A stretch of 64,000 nt of DNA from Minisyncoccota bacterium (GCA_041665385.1 JBAYIX010000003.1:13128-77127); one strand, 5' to 3'. Shown: positions 49,674 to 60,288, counted from the first letter of the stretch. Made by a program: numbers and translations. The notes: a model not told the origin generated them from the sequence alone.

Positions 49674-50831
49674 ATGTTTTTCTCTGAAAAAAAAGAAGAC
49701 AGGGTTATCCTTCTCATATCCGTGCAGAGCTCCATGGTTCGCGGTACGCTCGTACGCGACAGAGCTGGTGAACTCCCTCTAGTCATGTGGAGTTCGAGCA
49801 AAGCTATCCGCCATAGGGAAGATGCCGATGCGTCCTATTTACCAAAAGCCACTTTTACTCATGTTCGGAACCTATCGGAAGAAATAGCGAGGGATTACGA
49901 AGCTTATCGGCATTCAGATCCGAGCCTGCCCGCCTATATAGAGGAAGTGCATTATGCCCTTGCTTCGCCGTGGATATTGTCTCATGCACTTACATTATCG
50001 AAGAAATATGACAATGCGGTTCCGGTATCAGAAAAAATGATTCTGACAATAATATCCGATGCCCGATCAAAATTCCTACCCAAAGACGCAAAGGAACTTG
50101 CTATTGTCGAAGAAAAAATATTCGATATCCGATTGAACGGCTATTCCATATCGAGTTGGCAGGGAAAGACCGCACATTCGCTCGAAATATCGTTTGCAAC
50201 CAGCGCGATAGAGATCAAGACCGAAGAAAAATTCCGAGAAGCATGCGGGCATATCGTCCGTGGCAACAATATCTTCTTCCATTCCTCCTTGCTCCTGCAC
50301 CATATCGGCCTACAGCATATATTTCCCGAAAAAGTGAGTTATGTCCTCGTGCATGTTCACGGCGAGCTCACCGACGTTGTAGTTGTGGAAAACCGCATGT
50401 GTACTTTCTTCGGCTCATTCCCCATGGGTATCAATACTGCCATTCGACAGATCGCTCTTTCGGCAAATGTGACAGAACAGGTTGCGGACTCCATGCTCAC
50501 GATGTATATCGGCGGCAGGATGGATACAGCAGAGAAGGAAAAGACACGTGTCATCATCGAAACTATTTCGGCAGAATGGAATGCTCAGTTTGCAAACCTG
50601 ACAGGGGGATACCTGTCCGACGAGCACTTGCCGGAGACGGCTATCTTGACATCTAGGAGTCACGAGGCTTTTTTCGTGGAGAGCTATAAAAAACATTTTG
50701 AAAAGAGCAAAGTAGAGCTCATATCAACAGAAATGCTTTCTGGTTTCATTTCGTTTGCACCCAAAGTGGAGAAGCTCCGGCTCACGGGACTATATTCCAT
50801 AGCCTTGACTATCCTTCATAAACGATTATAA
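49674..50831 (+). CDS. hypothetical protein, possibly actin-like ATPase fold (FtsA/PilM-like)
   Basis: VILLISVQSSMVRGTLV and VLVHVHGELTDVVVVEN resemble phosphate-1/phosphate-2 motifs of the ASKHA superfamily. Weak. Confidence 0.3.
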   Translation: MFFSEKKEDRVILLISVQSSMVRGTLVRDRAGELPLVMWSSSKAIRHREDADASYLPKATFTHVRNLSEEIARDYEAYRHSDPSLPAYIEEVHYALASPWILSHALTLSKKYDNAVPVSEKMILTIISDARSKFLPKDAKELAIVEEKIFDIRLNGYSISSWQGKTAHSLEISFATSAIEIKTEEKFREACGHIVRGNNIFFHSSLLLHHIGLQHIFPEKVSYVLVHVHGELTDVVVVENRMCTFFGSFPMGINTAIRQIALSANVTEQVADSMLTMYIGGRMDTAEKEKTRVIIETISAEWNAQFANLTGGYLSDEHLPETAILTSRSHEAFFVESYKKHFEKSKVELISTEMLSGFISFAPKVEKLRLTGLYSIALTILHKRL

Positions 50832-50841
50832 AGTACATATT

Positions 50842-52920
50842 GTGGACAAATCTCTATTTACAATATCTACCAGCATGAAGCCTGCTGGCGACCAGATAAA
50901 TGCCATAAAGCTGATTAGAGAAGGCTTGGAAAAAGGCATGGACCGCCAAACACTCCTGGGCGTGACCGGTTCCGGCAAGACATTTACCATGGCAAATGTC
51001 ATAACCCATTACGGAAAGCCCGCACTTGTGATAGCTCATAACAAGACGTTAGCCGCTCAGCTAGCGCAAGAATATAGGGCTTTTTTCCCCAACCATGCCG
51101 TGCATTATTTCGTATCTTACTATGACTTTTACCAGCCAGAGGCATATATACCGTCGACGGACACATATATAGAGAAGGAGGCTATGATCAATGAAGAGAT
51201 CGAGCGTTTGCGACATGCCTCTACGCAGGCGCTCTTGACTAGGAAGGATGTCATCATCGTCGCGTCGGTATCCTGTATATACGGTTTGGGTAGCCCTGTC
51301 GAATATGAAAAAGTAAATATGAAGCTATCGGTGGGGGCGGATATCTCTCGTGCAGAACTCATAAGAAAGATGATCGGCATACATTTCGTCCGGACAAATG
51401 CCGATCTCAAGTCTGGCCAGTTCCGTGCCCTAGGTAACATGGTAGAAGTCATGCCTGTGAATGATCGAACACTTTATCGTATCGCTTTTGACGAAAAGGG
51501 TATACAAGCTATAACAGAGATAGATCCTGTGAGTCATAGTTTGCGTGCCTCACATGAGACAGTTTTCATCTTTCCTGCGAAGCACTTCATAAGCAATGAT
51601 GAGCAGACGGCGAAAGCTCTCGAAACCATAAAGATCGAGCTTGCTCAGCAGTTAAAGGTTCTGGAAAAAGAGGGAAAGATGTTGGAGGCAGAGAGGCTGA
51701 AGAGGCGTGTGAAATATGATCTCTCTATGATAAAGGAGATAGGTTATACCAATGGCATAGAAAATTATTCCAGGCATTTTTCGGGCAAGACGCCGGGTGA
51801 GCCGCCGGACTCACTCCTCTCGTATTTTCCTCATGACAAAAATGGCAAAGCAGATTTCCTCACGGTCATAGATGAGTCTCATGTCACCGTACCGCAACTA
51901 AACGGCATGTATGCAGGAGACGCTTCGCGCAAGGGTACACTCATAGAGCATGGTTTCCGACTGCCATCGGCGAAGGATAATAGACCGCTCAAATTTGACG
52001 AATTTCTGGAGAGGGTGGGACCTATCGTCTTTACTTCTGCAACCCCGGGAGAGTATGAGAGGAAAAACTCACAGCAAATAGCTGAGCAGGTCATACGCCC
52101 GACAGGACTCGTAGATCCTTTGCTCGAGATAAAGCCGGTCAGTGCTGATGTTGGTCTTTCTTCATCGGAAGGGGGCAAATATCCCGGTCAAGTCTATGAC
52201 TTTATCCGCGAAGCGGAAATGACGATAAAGAAAGGTGATCGCGTGCTCGCTACAACTCTTACAAAAAAGATGGCGGAGGATCTGGCGGAGTTTCTAAAAG
52301 AAAAAGGTATGAAGGCGAATTTTCTTCATAGTGATGTAAAAACTATGGACCGCATCACGACGCTCACAGACTTTCGCCGTGGCAAATATGAATGTCTGGT
52401 TGGTGTAAACCTGCTCCGAGAAGGACTGGACCTACCGGAAGTATCGCTCATAGGTATACTTGACGCAGACAAGGAAGGATTTCTACGGTCGGAGACATCA
52501 CTCATACAGACTATTGGTCGCGCGGCTCGCAACTCTGCTGGTAGAGTCATCTTGTATGCTGATAGGAGGACTCCCTCTATGGAGAAGGCAATATCTGAGA
52601 CAGAGCGTCGAAGGAAAAAGCAGACAGCATACAATGTCGAGCACGGTATCACTCCTCTCACGATAAAAAAAGAAATACACGATATCACCGATACTATCCG
52701 GTCTGAGCACGAGCTTGCGGTGAATGAGATCGCTAAAATAGACGAAGAACTGGCGAAAACAAATCCAAAATTACTCCTGCGTAACAAAGAAGAGCAGATG
52801 TCCGATGCAGTGAAGGAGCTCGACTTTGAGACGGCGGCTCTCATTCGTGACGAGCTTATTTTGCTTCGTCGGAAATATGGTCTGGAAGATAAACCCAGAA
52901 GGAAAAAGAAAGGGCAGTAG
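50842..52920 (+). CDS. uvrB: excinuclease ABC subunit B
   Basis: Canonical UvrB along the full length (GVTGSGKTFT, beta-hairpin, C-terminal UVR domain). Confidence 0.95.
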   Translation: MDKSLFTISTSMKPAGDQINAIKLIREGLEKGMDRQTLLGVTGSGKTFTMANVITHYGKPALVIAHNKTLAAQLAQEYRAFFPNHAVHYFVSYYDFYQPEAYIPSTDTYIEKEAMINEEIERLRHASTQALLTRKDVIIVASVSCIYGLGSPVEYEKVNMKLSVGADISRAELIRKMIGIHFVRTNADLKSGQFRALGNMVEVMPVNDRTLYRIAFDEKGIQAITEIDPVSHSLRASHETVFIFPAKHFISNDEQTAKALETIKIELAQQLKVLEKEGKMLEAERLKRRVKYDLSMIKEIGYTNGIENYSRHFSGKTPGEPPDSLLSYFPHDKNGKADFLTVIDESHVTVPQLNGMYAGDASRKGTLIEHGFRLPSAKDNRPLKFDEFLERVGPIVFTSATPGEYERKNSQQIAEQVIRPTGLVDPLLEIKPVSADVGLSSSEGGKYPGQVYDFIREAEMTIKKGDRVLATTLTKKMAEDLAEFLKEKGMKANFLHSDVKTMDRITTLTDFRRGKYECLVGVNLLREGLDLPEVSLIGILDADKEGFLRSETSLIQTIGRAARNSAGRVILYADRRTPSMEKAISETERRRKKQTAYNVEHGITPLTIKKEIHDITDTIRSEHELAVNEIAKIDEELAKTNPKLLLRNKEEQMSDAVKELDFETAALIRDELILLRRKYGLEDKPRRKKKGQ

Positions 52921-52995
52921 GACAATTTTAGAGCCGTTTTTTCTATATACCTCTGTTATCAACACCCCTCCCGTGAAGTATGCTAAAATGGTGCC

Positions 52996-53790
52996 ATGCA
53001 ATCAGACAATAAAGTAGTTTGTAGTGGACAGAAGATAGTTGTGATCACCAATGATGCCGCTTTTGGTGACAATATACACAACAAGCTCGTGGAAATAGGC
53101 TATGAAGTAAAGCTTCTAAAAGAGGGTAATGAAGGCCTGAAAGCTATGTATGATGTGTTGCCGCATTTGGCTCTCATAGATGTCGATGTTCCCGGCCTAT
53201 CAGGGTATGATATTTTGGAAAAGAAGCAGGCGGAACCTCTCCTCGCAAAGATCCCTGTATTTCTCATGTCAACACAGGGTGTGCCCATAAACATGCGTCG
53301 CGTGCCGGAAGGTAGTGTGAACGAGTTTATTGTCTCGCTAAAGGCAGATGTGGAAGATGTCAGTAACCGAGTAAACAAACATTTTGGTTGCGTACCAAAA
53401 TCCAATCAGGCGAAAACTGGCGAAGTCAAAAGGATATTATGGGTAGAAGATGACAAACTCATAGGCAGCATACTAGGCAAGAAACTAATATCGTCTGGCT
53501 TCGACTTGGTACATGCCAAGAATGGTGAAGAGGCGATGAAAGAGCTAGAACAAACTATTCCCAACGCTATGATGATAGACCTTTTGTTGCCTGGTATGAC
53601 AGGCTTTGACATATTACAGAAAGTTCGCGACAACCCCCGGTACAATGATCTTCCGATAATGATCCTCTCTAACCTGAGCAAGCCGGGCGATATAAATCGT
53701 ACAAAGGTATTGGGTGCCCAGAAATTCCTCGTAAAGGCGACCGCTTCACTCGACCAGATCATCGCCGAGGTTCGCAATTTGGCGAAATAG
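52996..53790 (+). CDS. response regulator with two tandem receiver domains and no output domain
   Basis: REC1 has the phospho-site IDVDVPG but ND instead of the DD pair. REC2 is fully canonical (VEDD, MIDLLLPG, ILSN, K). Confidence 0.75.
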   Translation: MQSDNKVVCSGQKIVVITNDAAFGDNIHNKLVEIGYEVKLLKEGNEGLKAMYDVLPHLALIDVDVPGLSGYDILEKKQAEPLLAKIPVFLMSTQGVPINMRRVPEGSVNEFIVSLKADVEDVSNRVNKHFGCVPKSNQAKTGEVKRILWVEDDKLIGSILGKKLISSGFDLVHAKNGEEAMKELEQTIPNAMMIDLLLPGMTGFDILQKVRDNPRYNDLPIMILSNLSKPGDINRTKVLGAQKFLVKATASLDQIIAEVRNLAK

Positions 53791-53816
53791 GAAAAATGTG
53801 CTAAAATCCTCCCGTC

Positions 53817-56468
53817 ATGCCACACAAGCGGGAAATAAAAATAAAGAGCGGTGCGAAGGTGCCGGAGGATAAGATAATAGTGAAGGGTGCGCGCACCCAC
53901 AACCTCAAGAATATTACGGTTGAGATGCCCCGAAACAAAATGATAGCCATTACTGGTCTGTCTGGTTCGGGCAAATCTTCGTTGGCCTTTGACACGATAT
54001 TCGCAGAAGGTCAGCGTCGGTACATAGAGTCTCTCTCCGCTTATGCCAGGCAGTTTTTGCACAAGATGCAAAAGCCCGATGTCGATGAGATCATTGGGCT
54101 TTCTCCTGCTATAGCTATAGACCAAAAATCTCGTTCCAACAACCCTCGCTCGACCGTGGCCACCATCACAGAGATATACGACTATCTCCGTATACTTTTT
54201 GCACGTGTGGGGAAGCCACACTGTCTGGTCTGTAATAGGCCCATACACCGCATATCCAAAGAAGAGATCATGGATACTATAATAAAGACTGTGCGAGAAC
54301 GGACAACTAGAGCAAAGAAAGTCTTTGGTGTGGATGTTACAGATGCCAAGGTTACTATATATTCTCCGGTCGTTGTGGGTAGGAAAGGTGAATATTATCA
54401 ACTTTTGTATGACCTTCTCGGCAAAGGTTATGACCGTGTGCGAGTGGACGGCAAAACATTCCGACTCAGGGAACAGATCATTCTAGAAAAGAATAAAAAG
54501 CACGATATCGATGTTCTCGTGGATGAAATATTTGTAAGCGAAATAAAAGATGCAAAAAAAGGTGACAATGCCCGTGAGCGACTCTCGGAGTCTTTGGAAC
54601 GTGCCATTTTGGAATCCGAAGGACTCATAAAGATCGCATATCCGGGCGGTGCAGAAAATAAAGAGCAAAAAAACGAGCACGAGCTGCCTAGTAATGAAGT
54701 TCTCATGTCGGTAAAGTTTATGTGCCCGTATGACGGATTTTCCTACCCGGAAATAGAGCCGAGATTATTTTCTTTCAACTCTCCATATGGAGCTTGTCCC
54801 GCTTGTAATGGTCTCGGCACGGAAAGTATCTTTTCCGATGATCCTTGCAAGACTTGCAAAGGTAAACGTCTCCGCGAAGAAGCCTTGCATGTACTTATCG
54901 GTGATAAGAATATTGTTCATATCACGGAGCTTTCTATAGAGCATGCTGTGGCATATTTTGACACTTTGGTCCTCACACCTGGAGAGAGGGAGATAGCAAA
55001 GGTGGTCCTGAAAGAGATCGGTGCACGTCTTTCATTTATGGTAAATGTGGGAATAGAATACTTGACCCTGAACAGGAGAGCGAACACTCTCTCTGGTGGA
55101 GAGGCACAACGTATCCGTCTGGCTTCTCAGCTGGGTTCTGGGCTCGTGGGCGCTCTCTATGTCCTCGATGAGCCTACGATAGGTCTGCATCAGCGTGACA
55201 ATGACAAACTCATAGGTACACTCCTCCATCTCCGGGATATTGGGAATACCATAATCATTGTGGAGCATGACGAGGATACAATGTATGCCTCAGACTATAT
55301 TATCGACATTGGGCCAGGGGCTGGAGTCCATGGCGGGGAAGTTGTGGTCTCCGGATATTTGGAGGATCTGCTTACTGCAAAGACCAACCACAGTGATTCT
55401 CTAACCTTGTCATATCTGCGTGGAGAAAAGAAGATAGAACTTCCTGGAGAGAGACGTGCCCCCAAAGGTAAAATCATGATCCGTGGGGGGAATATTTTCA
55501 ATATAAAAGATCTCAATGTCGATGTACCATTGGGTAGTCTAAATGTCATTACCGGTGTTTCCGGTTCCGGTAAATCTTCCTTTATGTATGAGATTCTATA
55601 CAGGAATCTCCAGGCGAGGCTCGAGCCTGCTCATAGGAGTAATGAAGTAGTAAATGCAAAGGAATTTAATGGCACAGAATATCTGGGTCGAGCAATACTC
55701 ATAGACCAGTCGCCAATAGGTAGGACGCCACGTTCCAACCCTGCTACATATACCGGAGCCTGGACGCATATCCGTGACCTCTTTGCTTCCGAACCAGAAG
55801 CCCGCGCTCGTGGCTGGGGACCGGGTAGATTTTCATTCAATAGGCCTGGTGGACGCTGTGAAGCGTGTGAGGGTAATGGCGAAATAGCTGTGGAGATGCA
55901 CTTTTTGCCAACTGTCTATGTCACTTGTGATGTCTGCAATGGCACGAGATTTATGAAAGAAACTTTGGATATAAAGTACCGCAAAAAGAATGTGCATGAA
56001 GTGCTGGAAATGACTATAGAAGAAGCTCTAAAATTTTTTGTTGATATACCTGCAGTAGAAGATAGGCTCCAGACTCTTTTAGAAGTTGGTCTCGGTTATG
56101 TGAAGATCGGTCAGGCGGCGACGACGCTTTCGGGTGGAGAAGCACAGCGTGTGAAGATATCATCTGAGCTATATCGTCCTCATGTGCAAAAGAGTATATA
56201 TCTTCTAGATGAACCGACGGTGGGACTGCACTACGAAGATGTGAAGAAGCTTATTGATATTTTGCAAAAGCTGGTGGATAAAGGGAATACGGTGGTGGTT
56301 ATCGAACATAACCTAGATCTCATAAAGAGTGCGGACTATGTTATAGATATCGGCCCGGAAGGTGGTGAACGTGGGGGGAAGATCGTGGCAAAGGGGACAC
56401 CAGAAGATGTGGCGAATAATCCGAAGTCATTTACGGGGCAGTATTTGAAGAAGGTGCTGAAGAGGTAA
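53817..56468 (+). CDS. uvrA: excinuclease ABC subunit A
   Basis: Two ABC modules and Zn fingers, canonical. 883 aa. Confidence 0.95.
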   Translation: MPHKREIKIKSGAKVPEDKIIVKGARTHNLKNITVEMPRNKMIAITGLSGSGKSSLAFDTIFAEGQRRYIESLSAYARQFLHKMQKPDVDEIIGLSPAIAIDQKSRSNNPRSTVATITEIYDYLRILFARVGKPHCLVCNRPIHRISKEEIMDTIIKTVRERTTRAKKVFGVDVTDAKVTIYSPVVVGRKGEYYQLLYDLLGKGYDRVRVDGKTFRLREQIILEKNKKHDIDVLVDEIFVSEIKDAKKGDNARERLSESLERAILESEGLIKIAYPGGAENKEQKNEHELPSNEVLMSVKFMCPYDGFSYPEIEPRLFSFNSPYGACPACNGLGTESIFSDDPCKTCKGKRLREEALHVLIGDKNIVHITELSIEHAVAYFDTLVLTPGEREIAKVVLKEIGARLSFMVNVGIEYLTLNRRANTLSGGEAQRIRLASQLGSGLVGALYVLDEPTIGLHQRDNDKLIGTLLHLRDIGNTIIIVEHDEDTMYASDYIIDIGPGAGVHGGEVVVSGYLEDLLTAKTNHSDSLTLSYLRGEKKIELPGERRAPKGKIMIRGGNIFNIKDLNVDVPLGSLNVITGVSGSGKSSFMYEILYRNLQARLEPAHRSNEVVNAKEFNGTEYLGRAILIDQSPIGRTPRSNPATYTGAWTHIRDLFASEPEARARGWGPGRFSFNRPGGRCEACEGNGEIAVEMHFLPTVYVTCDVCNGTRFMKETLDIKYRKKNVHEVLEMTIEEALKFFVDIPAVEDRLQTLLEVGLGYVKIGQAATTLSGGEAQRVKISSELYRPHVQKSIYLLDEPTVGLHYEDVKKLIDILQKLVDKGNTVVVIEHNLDLIKSADYVIDIGPEGGERGGKIVAKGTPEDVANNPKSFTGQYLKKVLKR

Positions 56469-56502
56469 GGGTGGTGTTCGCAAGGTCCGTGATCTCCCGC
56501 CC

Positions 56503-56675
56503 CCACCTGCACAAGCAGTATCGGGACACGCTCAAAATCCGCAACTGCTCATAGAACGCCTGTTGCGGATTTTGAGCTAGTTTCGTCCTCGCCCTATGGT
56601 GACAATGCAGATACACTGTATCCGGCTCGGACTCCAAATGTCCCTCTACTGCATGTGCAGGCGGGGGTGGTCGTT
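56503..56675. repeat. nested inverted repeats downstream of uvrA (outer roughly 17-bp arms, inner perfect 16-bp hairpin)
   Basis: Inner GCTCAAAATCCGCAAC (56530-45) / GTTGCGGATTTTGAGC (56562-77). Outer ccgcccccacctgcaca ... tgtgcaggcgggggtgg. Contains TGTGCAGG. Confidence 0.6.
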
Positions 56676-56720
56676 CGCTGACCCTTCGAAGCCTGGACCA
56701 TCAACTATCCACAGTTTGCA

Positions 56721-57626
56721 TTGCGGTGTGTGTGGAATAATACCTCTATGAAAACAATATCTTTTTTGGTTCTTTCTGTTGTGCTTATGGCTGGAATAGT
56801 ATCTGCGGCTACGACAATAAGTACGGACATCAGCACGGGAGGGACACTAAATGTTACAGGCACGAGTACATTTATGGGAAAGGTGGGAATTGGAACAACA
56901 ACTCCGACTGGTCTTTTGAATATTTACAATCCAGTTTCAGGTCAAAACGACGGCGTTATAATTTCGGGTAACGGTAGTCATTATATATACTTTTCAAGAG
57001 GACAAAATTTTAATCACGGTTTATTAATAGGTAAAGGCACTTCTGCTGCAAGTAGTGGATTTACAAATGCTTCAAATATTCGTTCTGCTGGAGGTGTAGA
57101 TGAAAATATTGAAATTAACCCGGGCAGGAACGCTTCAAGTGCTTCTGGACGAATAAATATTGCAAACCTAAGAGGGTTAATTGGTATCGGTCCCAGCGTC
57201 TCAACACCTATTGCTCTGGTGCATATTAGTTCGAGTACCCCGTCTTCTGACTTGTTTAGAATAGATGGCTCAACAGGTAATACATTAATATACAAATCTT
57301 CAGGAAGTTTTGGTATTGGTATTACGGCTCCTACAGCCCTTTTGCACGTTTCTACAACATCTCCTGGTATCGATGTTTTCAAGGTTACTGCTGGAGCTCA
57401 AAACTTGGTTTACAACTCTTCGGGTAATTTGGGTATTGGCACTACCACCCCTGTTTCCAAACTCCATGTATCGAACGGCGCCTCTGCCACAACCACTATC
57501 AATGTCGGTGAATTTGGCAGCCTAACCAGCAAAGCTTGCTTTAATACTAAAAATCTTGCCGGTGCAGATATCTCCTACTATTTTAATGGGACAACGATGG
57601 TGGTTGAAAACAATCCGTGTAGGTAA
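56721..57626 (+). CDS. secreted repeat protein (G-[IL]-G-x-T-x-P ... LHVS repeats), surface/fibre-like
   Basis: Signal peptide, then at least 4 repeats such as GKVGIGTTTPTGLLNIYN, SGSFGIGITAPTALLHVS, SGNLGIGTTTPVSKLHVS. Confidence 0.45.
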   Translation: MRCVWNNTSMKTISFLVLSVVLMAGIVSAATTISTDISTGGTLNVTGTSTFMGKVGIGTTTPTGLLNIYNPVSGQNDGVIISGNGSHYIYFSRGQNFNHGLLIGKGTSAASSGFTNASNIRSAGGVDENIEINPGRNASSASGRINIANLRGLIGIGPSVSTPIALVHISSSTPSSDLFRIDGSTGNTLIYKSSGSFGIGITAPTALLHVSTTSPGIDVFKVTAGAQNLVYNSSGNLGIGTTTPVSKLHVSNGASATTTINVGEFGSLTSKACFNTKNLAGADISYYFNGTTMVVENNPCR

Positions 57627-57670
57627 GGATGACATCCTGATCGCGTTCGACTGTTCCAATAGTTAAAAAA

Positions 57671-57702
57671 CTCGGCAGTATGTCCTGCCGAGTGTGTGTT
57701 TG
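57671..57702 (+). terminator. Rho-independent terminator
   Basis: CTCGGCAG-TATGTC-CTGCCGAG, then TGTGTGTTTG. Confidence 0.55.
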
Positions 57703-57713
57703 CATTGACATCA

Positions 57714-57884
57714 TCATCTCCCAAAGAACCGATTTGCGAACTTGAAGGTGACAGCGAAGAGTAGCGCGATAGTGACCCCAAGTACGAGCAGTAGCTGTCG
57801 CAACGGCCAGCTAAGTGCTGGGTGCCATTCGCTGGGGAGAGCTTTGATCGCCATGCAGTCAGAAACATGTTGAGTCAGTCTCAT
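57714..57884 (-). CDS. small membrane protein (56 aa), RBS-supported, divergent from uvrC
   Basis: AGGAGG 5 nt upstream of the minus-strand ATG at 57884. MRLTQHVSDCMAIKALPSEWHPALSWPLRQLLLVLGVTIALLFAVTFKFANRFFGR. Not in the ORF track (under 60 aa). Confidence 0.3.
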   Translation of the reverse strand: MRLTQHVSDCMAIKALPSEWHPALSWPLRQLLLVLGVTIALLFAVTFKFANRFFGR

Positions 57885-57964
57885 TTTCCTCCTTTTGTTC
57901 TAGGGTGAAAGGTGACAGTAGCGGAGTGTTGCAAACCGTCTGCCTTTACAATACTCTTATTATC

Positions 57965-59188
57965 ATGTTGCGTCAAAAGCTTACAAAACTAGATATTCCA
58001 GACAATTCTGGCATTTATATATTCCGGGACGCAAAGAAGCGTCCATTGTATATAGGGCGGGCGACTTCGCTCCATGACAGGACATTGAGCTACTTTTCTC
58101 CGGATATTATCGAAACTAGAGGCCCCAGGATCGTCGATATGGTGACAAAGGCTGTAGGCATCACCTGGCAGGAGACGAGCTCGGTGCTGGAGGCGATATT
58201 TCTCGAAAGCGCGCTCATAAAGAAGTACCAGCCATACTACAATGTCGACGAGAGAGATGACAAGAGCTCGCTCTACCTCATCATTACAAATGAGGAGTGG
58301 CCTAGGGTATTCCTCGAGCGGGTAAGGGACTATGACCAAAAGAAAGAGCAGGGTGTATTGCCATATGATGTCAAACACTGCTTTGGACCTTTTTTACATA
58401 CCGGCCTAATAAAAGAAGCACTAAAGATCCTCAGGCGACTTTTCCCATTCCGGGACAAGAAGGCAAATGATCCCAAACACGAAGCATTTTATCGTGCACT
58501 AGGCCGGTCTCCGGAGCGTGATAGTGATAGAGACCGAGAGCAATACCAAAAGACTATCGATCATCTCGTATTATTTTTCCAGGGCAAGAAGAATCAGCTA
58601 CAGAGGGATCTCGAAAGAGAGATGAAAGAGTATGTGAAGAAATTGGAATTTGAAGAGGCGGACAAAGCCAAGAAGCTCATATATGCTCTGGACCACATAA
58701 ATGACATAGCACTCCTCAAACGTGACCTCAGACAAAATGCCAGACCATTCCGCATAGAGGCATACGACATAGCTCATATGGGTGGCACAAATGTCGTCGG
58801 TGCCATGGTCGTCCTCACCGATGGCCAGCTCGACAATAGCCAATATAGGAAGTTCAAGATATCGGAAGAGAGGAGTCATGACATAGCTGGACTGGCGGAG
58901 GTTTTGTCTAGGCGTCTGAACCATACCGAGTGGCAATATCCAGACCTAATAGTACTAGATGGCAATGAAGTGCAAAAGGCCGCCGCCGAAGCGGTACTGA
59001 AGGCCAGGCGCATAGGCATACCTGTCGTCGCAGTGACCAAGGATGATAAGCACAAGGCGGATAGGCTCATAGGTAATGACGAGCTTATAAAAGAATACAA
59101 ACTGGATATTATTGCTCTCAATGCGGAGTGTCATCGCTTCGCTATCGCTTATCACCGGCAGAGGAGACGTGATATAATTCCTAGGTGA
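57965..59188 (+). CDS. uvrC: excinuclease ABC subunit C (GIY-YIG + UvrBC-interaction + RNase H-like endonuclease domains; HhH absent)
   Basis: GIYIFRD ... YIGRA GIY-YIG motif. UVR domain (EFEEADKAKKLIYAL). C-terminal endonuclease domain. Start reset to the ATG at 57965. Confidence 0.85.
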   Translation: MLRQKLTKLDIPDNSGIYIFRDAKKRPLYIGRATSLHDRTLSYFSPDIIETRGPRIVDMVTKAVGITWQETSSVLEAIFLESALIKKYQPYYNVDERDDKSSLYLIITNEEWPRVFLERVRDYDQKKEQGVLPYDVKHCFGPFLHTGLIKEALKILRRLFPFRDKKANDPKHEAFYRALGRSPERDSDRDREQYQKTIDHLVLFFQGKKNQLQRDLEREMKEYVKKLEFEEADKAKKLIYALDHINDIALLKRDLRQNARPFRIEAYDIAHMGGTNVVGAMVVLTDGQLDNSQYRKFKISEERSHDIAGLAEVLSRRLNHTEWQYPDLIVLDGNEVQKAAAEAVLKARRIGIPVVAVTKDDKHKADRLIGNDELIKEYKLDIIALNAECHRFAIAYHRQRRRDIIPR

Positions 59189-60168
59189 TACACAAACTGC
59201 GCGTAGGAGTCATACGAGGTGGCCCGAGCCACGAATATGATATCTCGCTTCAGACCGGAGCGAATGTCCTCTCTGCTCTCGGAGAACATCATGTCGGCAA
59301 ATATGAAGCGCATGACATACACATAGACCAGGAAGGCAAGTGGCATTATGATGGTGTGCCAGTGAATATTGGTGACCTCTCGAATAGGCTCGATGTTGCG
59401 GTGAATGCTCTACATGGTAACTACGGTGAGGATGGCAAGATCCAGCATGTTTTCGAATTACACGGAATACCTTTCACAGGCTCCGGTTCTCTAGGGTCTG
59501 CTATAGGTATGAATAAGGTGCTCACAAAGAAAGTTTTTGCTTCTCATGGCATACAGACACCATTGTCGCGAACGGTTTCCAGTCAGAGGATCAAGGAAGA
59601 GTTTGGTGATATCCACAATGAATTTTATGATACTCTCATTTTGCCTGTAGTTGTAAAGCCGATAAAGAGTGGTTCGTCTGTGGGTGTGACTATTGTCAGG
59701 AAATATGACGAGCTACCGCATGCACTTTTGAAAGCAATTCATTTTGACGATACAGTAATGATAGAAGACTACGTGAAGGGTATAGAGGCTACATGCGGTG
59801 TGATAGATGATTTCCGAGGCGAGGAGCTATATGCTCTGCCACCGGTAGAGATCCGACCAGATACGGAATTCTTCGACTATGCGGCAAAATATGCGGGCAA
59901 GTCTAGCGAGATAGTGCCTGCCACATTTTCACATATCATAAAACATAATATTCAAAATCTGGCAAAGAAGATACATCGTGCGCTAGGATTGAGGCATTAT
60001 TCTAGATCTGATTTTATTATTCATCCGTCTCGTGGTATATATGCATTGGAGGTGAATACTTTGCCGGGTCTTACGGGCGAATCTCTCTTTCCGAAGTCGC
60101 TACGTGCGGTAGGGAGTGATACGCCTGAATTTATAGATCATTTGATACAGTTGGCGATAAGGCGCTAA
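59185..60168 (+). CDS. ddl: D-alanine--D-alanine ligase
   Basis: ATP-grasp. N-terminal VGVIRGGPSHEYDISL. C-terminal ALEVNTLPGLT. Confidence 0.9.
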   Translation: MIHKLRVGVIRGGPSHEYDISLQTGANVLSALGEHHVGKYEAHDIHIDQEGKWHYDGVPVNIGDLSNRLDVAVNALHGNYGEDGKIQHVFELHGIPFTGSGSLGSAIGMNKVLTKKVFASHGIQTPLSRTVSSQRIKEEFGDIHNEFYDTLILPVVVKPIKSGSSVGVTIVRKYDELPHALLKAIHFDDTVMIEDYVKGIEATCGVIDDFRGEELYALPPVEIRPDTEFFDYAAKYAGKSSEIVPATFSHIIKHNIQNLAKKIHRALGLRHYSRSDFIIHPSRGIYALEVNTLPGLTGESLFPKSLRAVGSDTPEFIDHLIQLAIRR

Positions 60169-60175
60169 AATAGAA

Positions 60176-60279
60176 AACTGGGGCACACACATGTTTTTTC
60201 ATGAAAAGTGAGAAGATGTGCAGGGTCAACGTTCGAGGCAGTTCTACTTTTCATAAAAAAACATGTGTGTGCCCCAGTT
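60176..60279. repeat. 34-bp inverted repeat (one mismatch) with a 36-nt loop carrying TGTGCAGGGTC, 10 nt upstream of tRNA-Ala
   Basis: Arms 60176-60209 / 60246-60279. The loop gagaagaTGTGCAGGGTCaacgttcgagg shares an 11-mer with the loop of the 17350 hairpin. Confidence 0.8.
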
Positions 60280-60288
60280 TTCTCTCGC

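Noticed and set aside
48909-49801. 181-aa and 187-aa minus-strand ORFs within alaS
   Set aside because: Antisense to the AlaRS editing-domain coding region.
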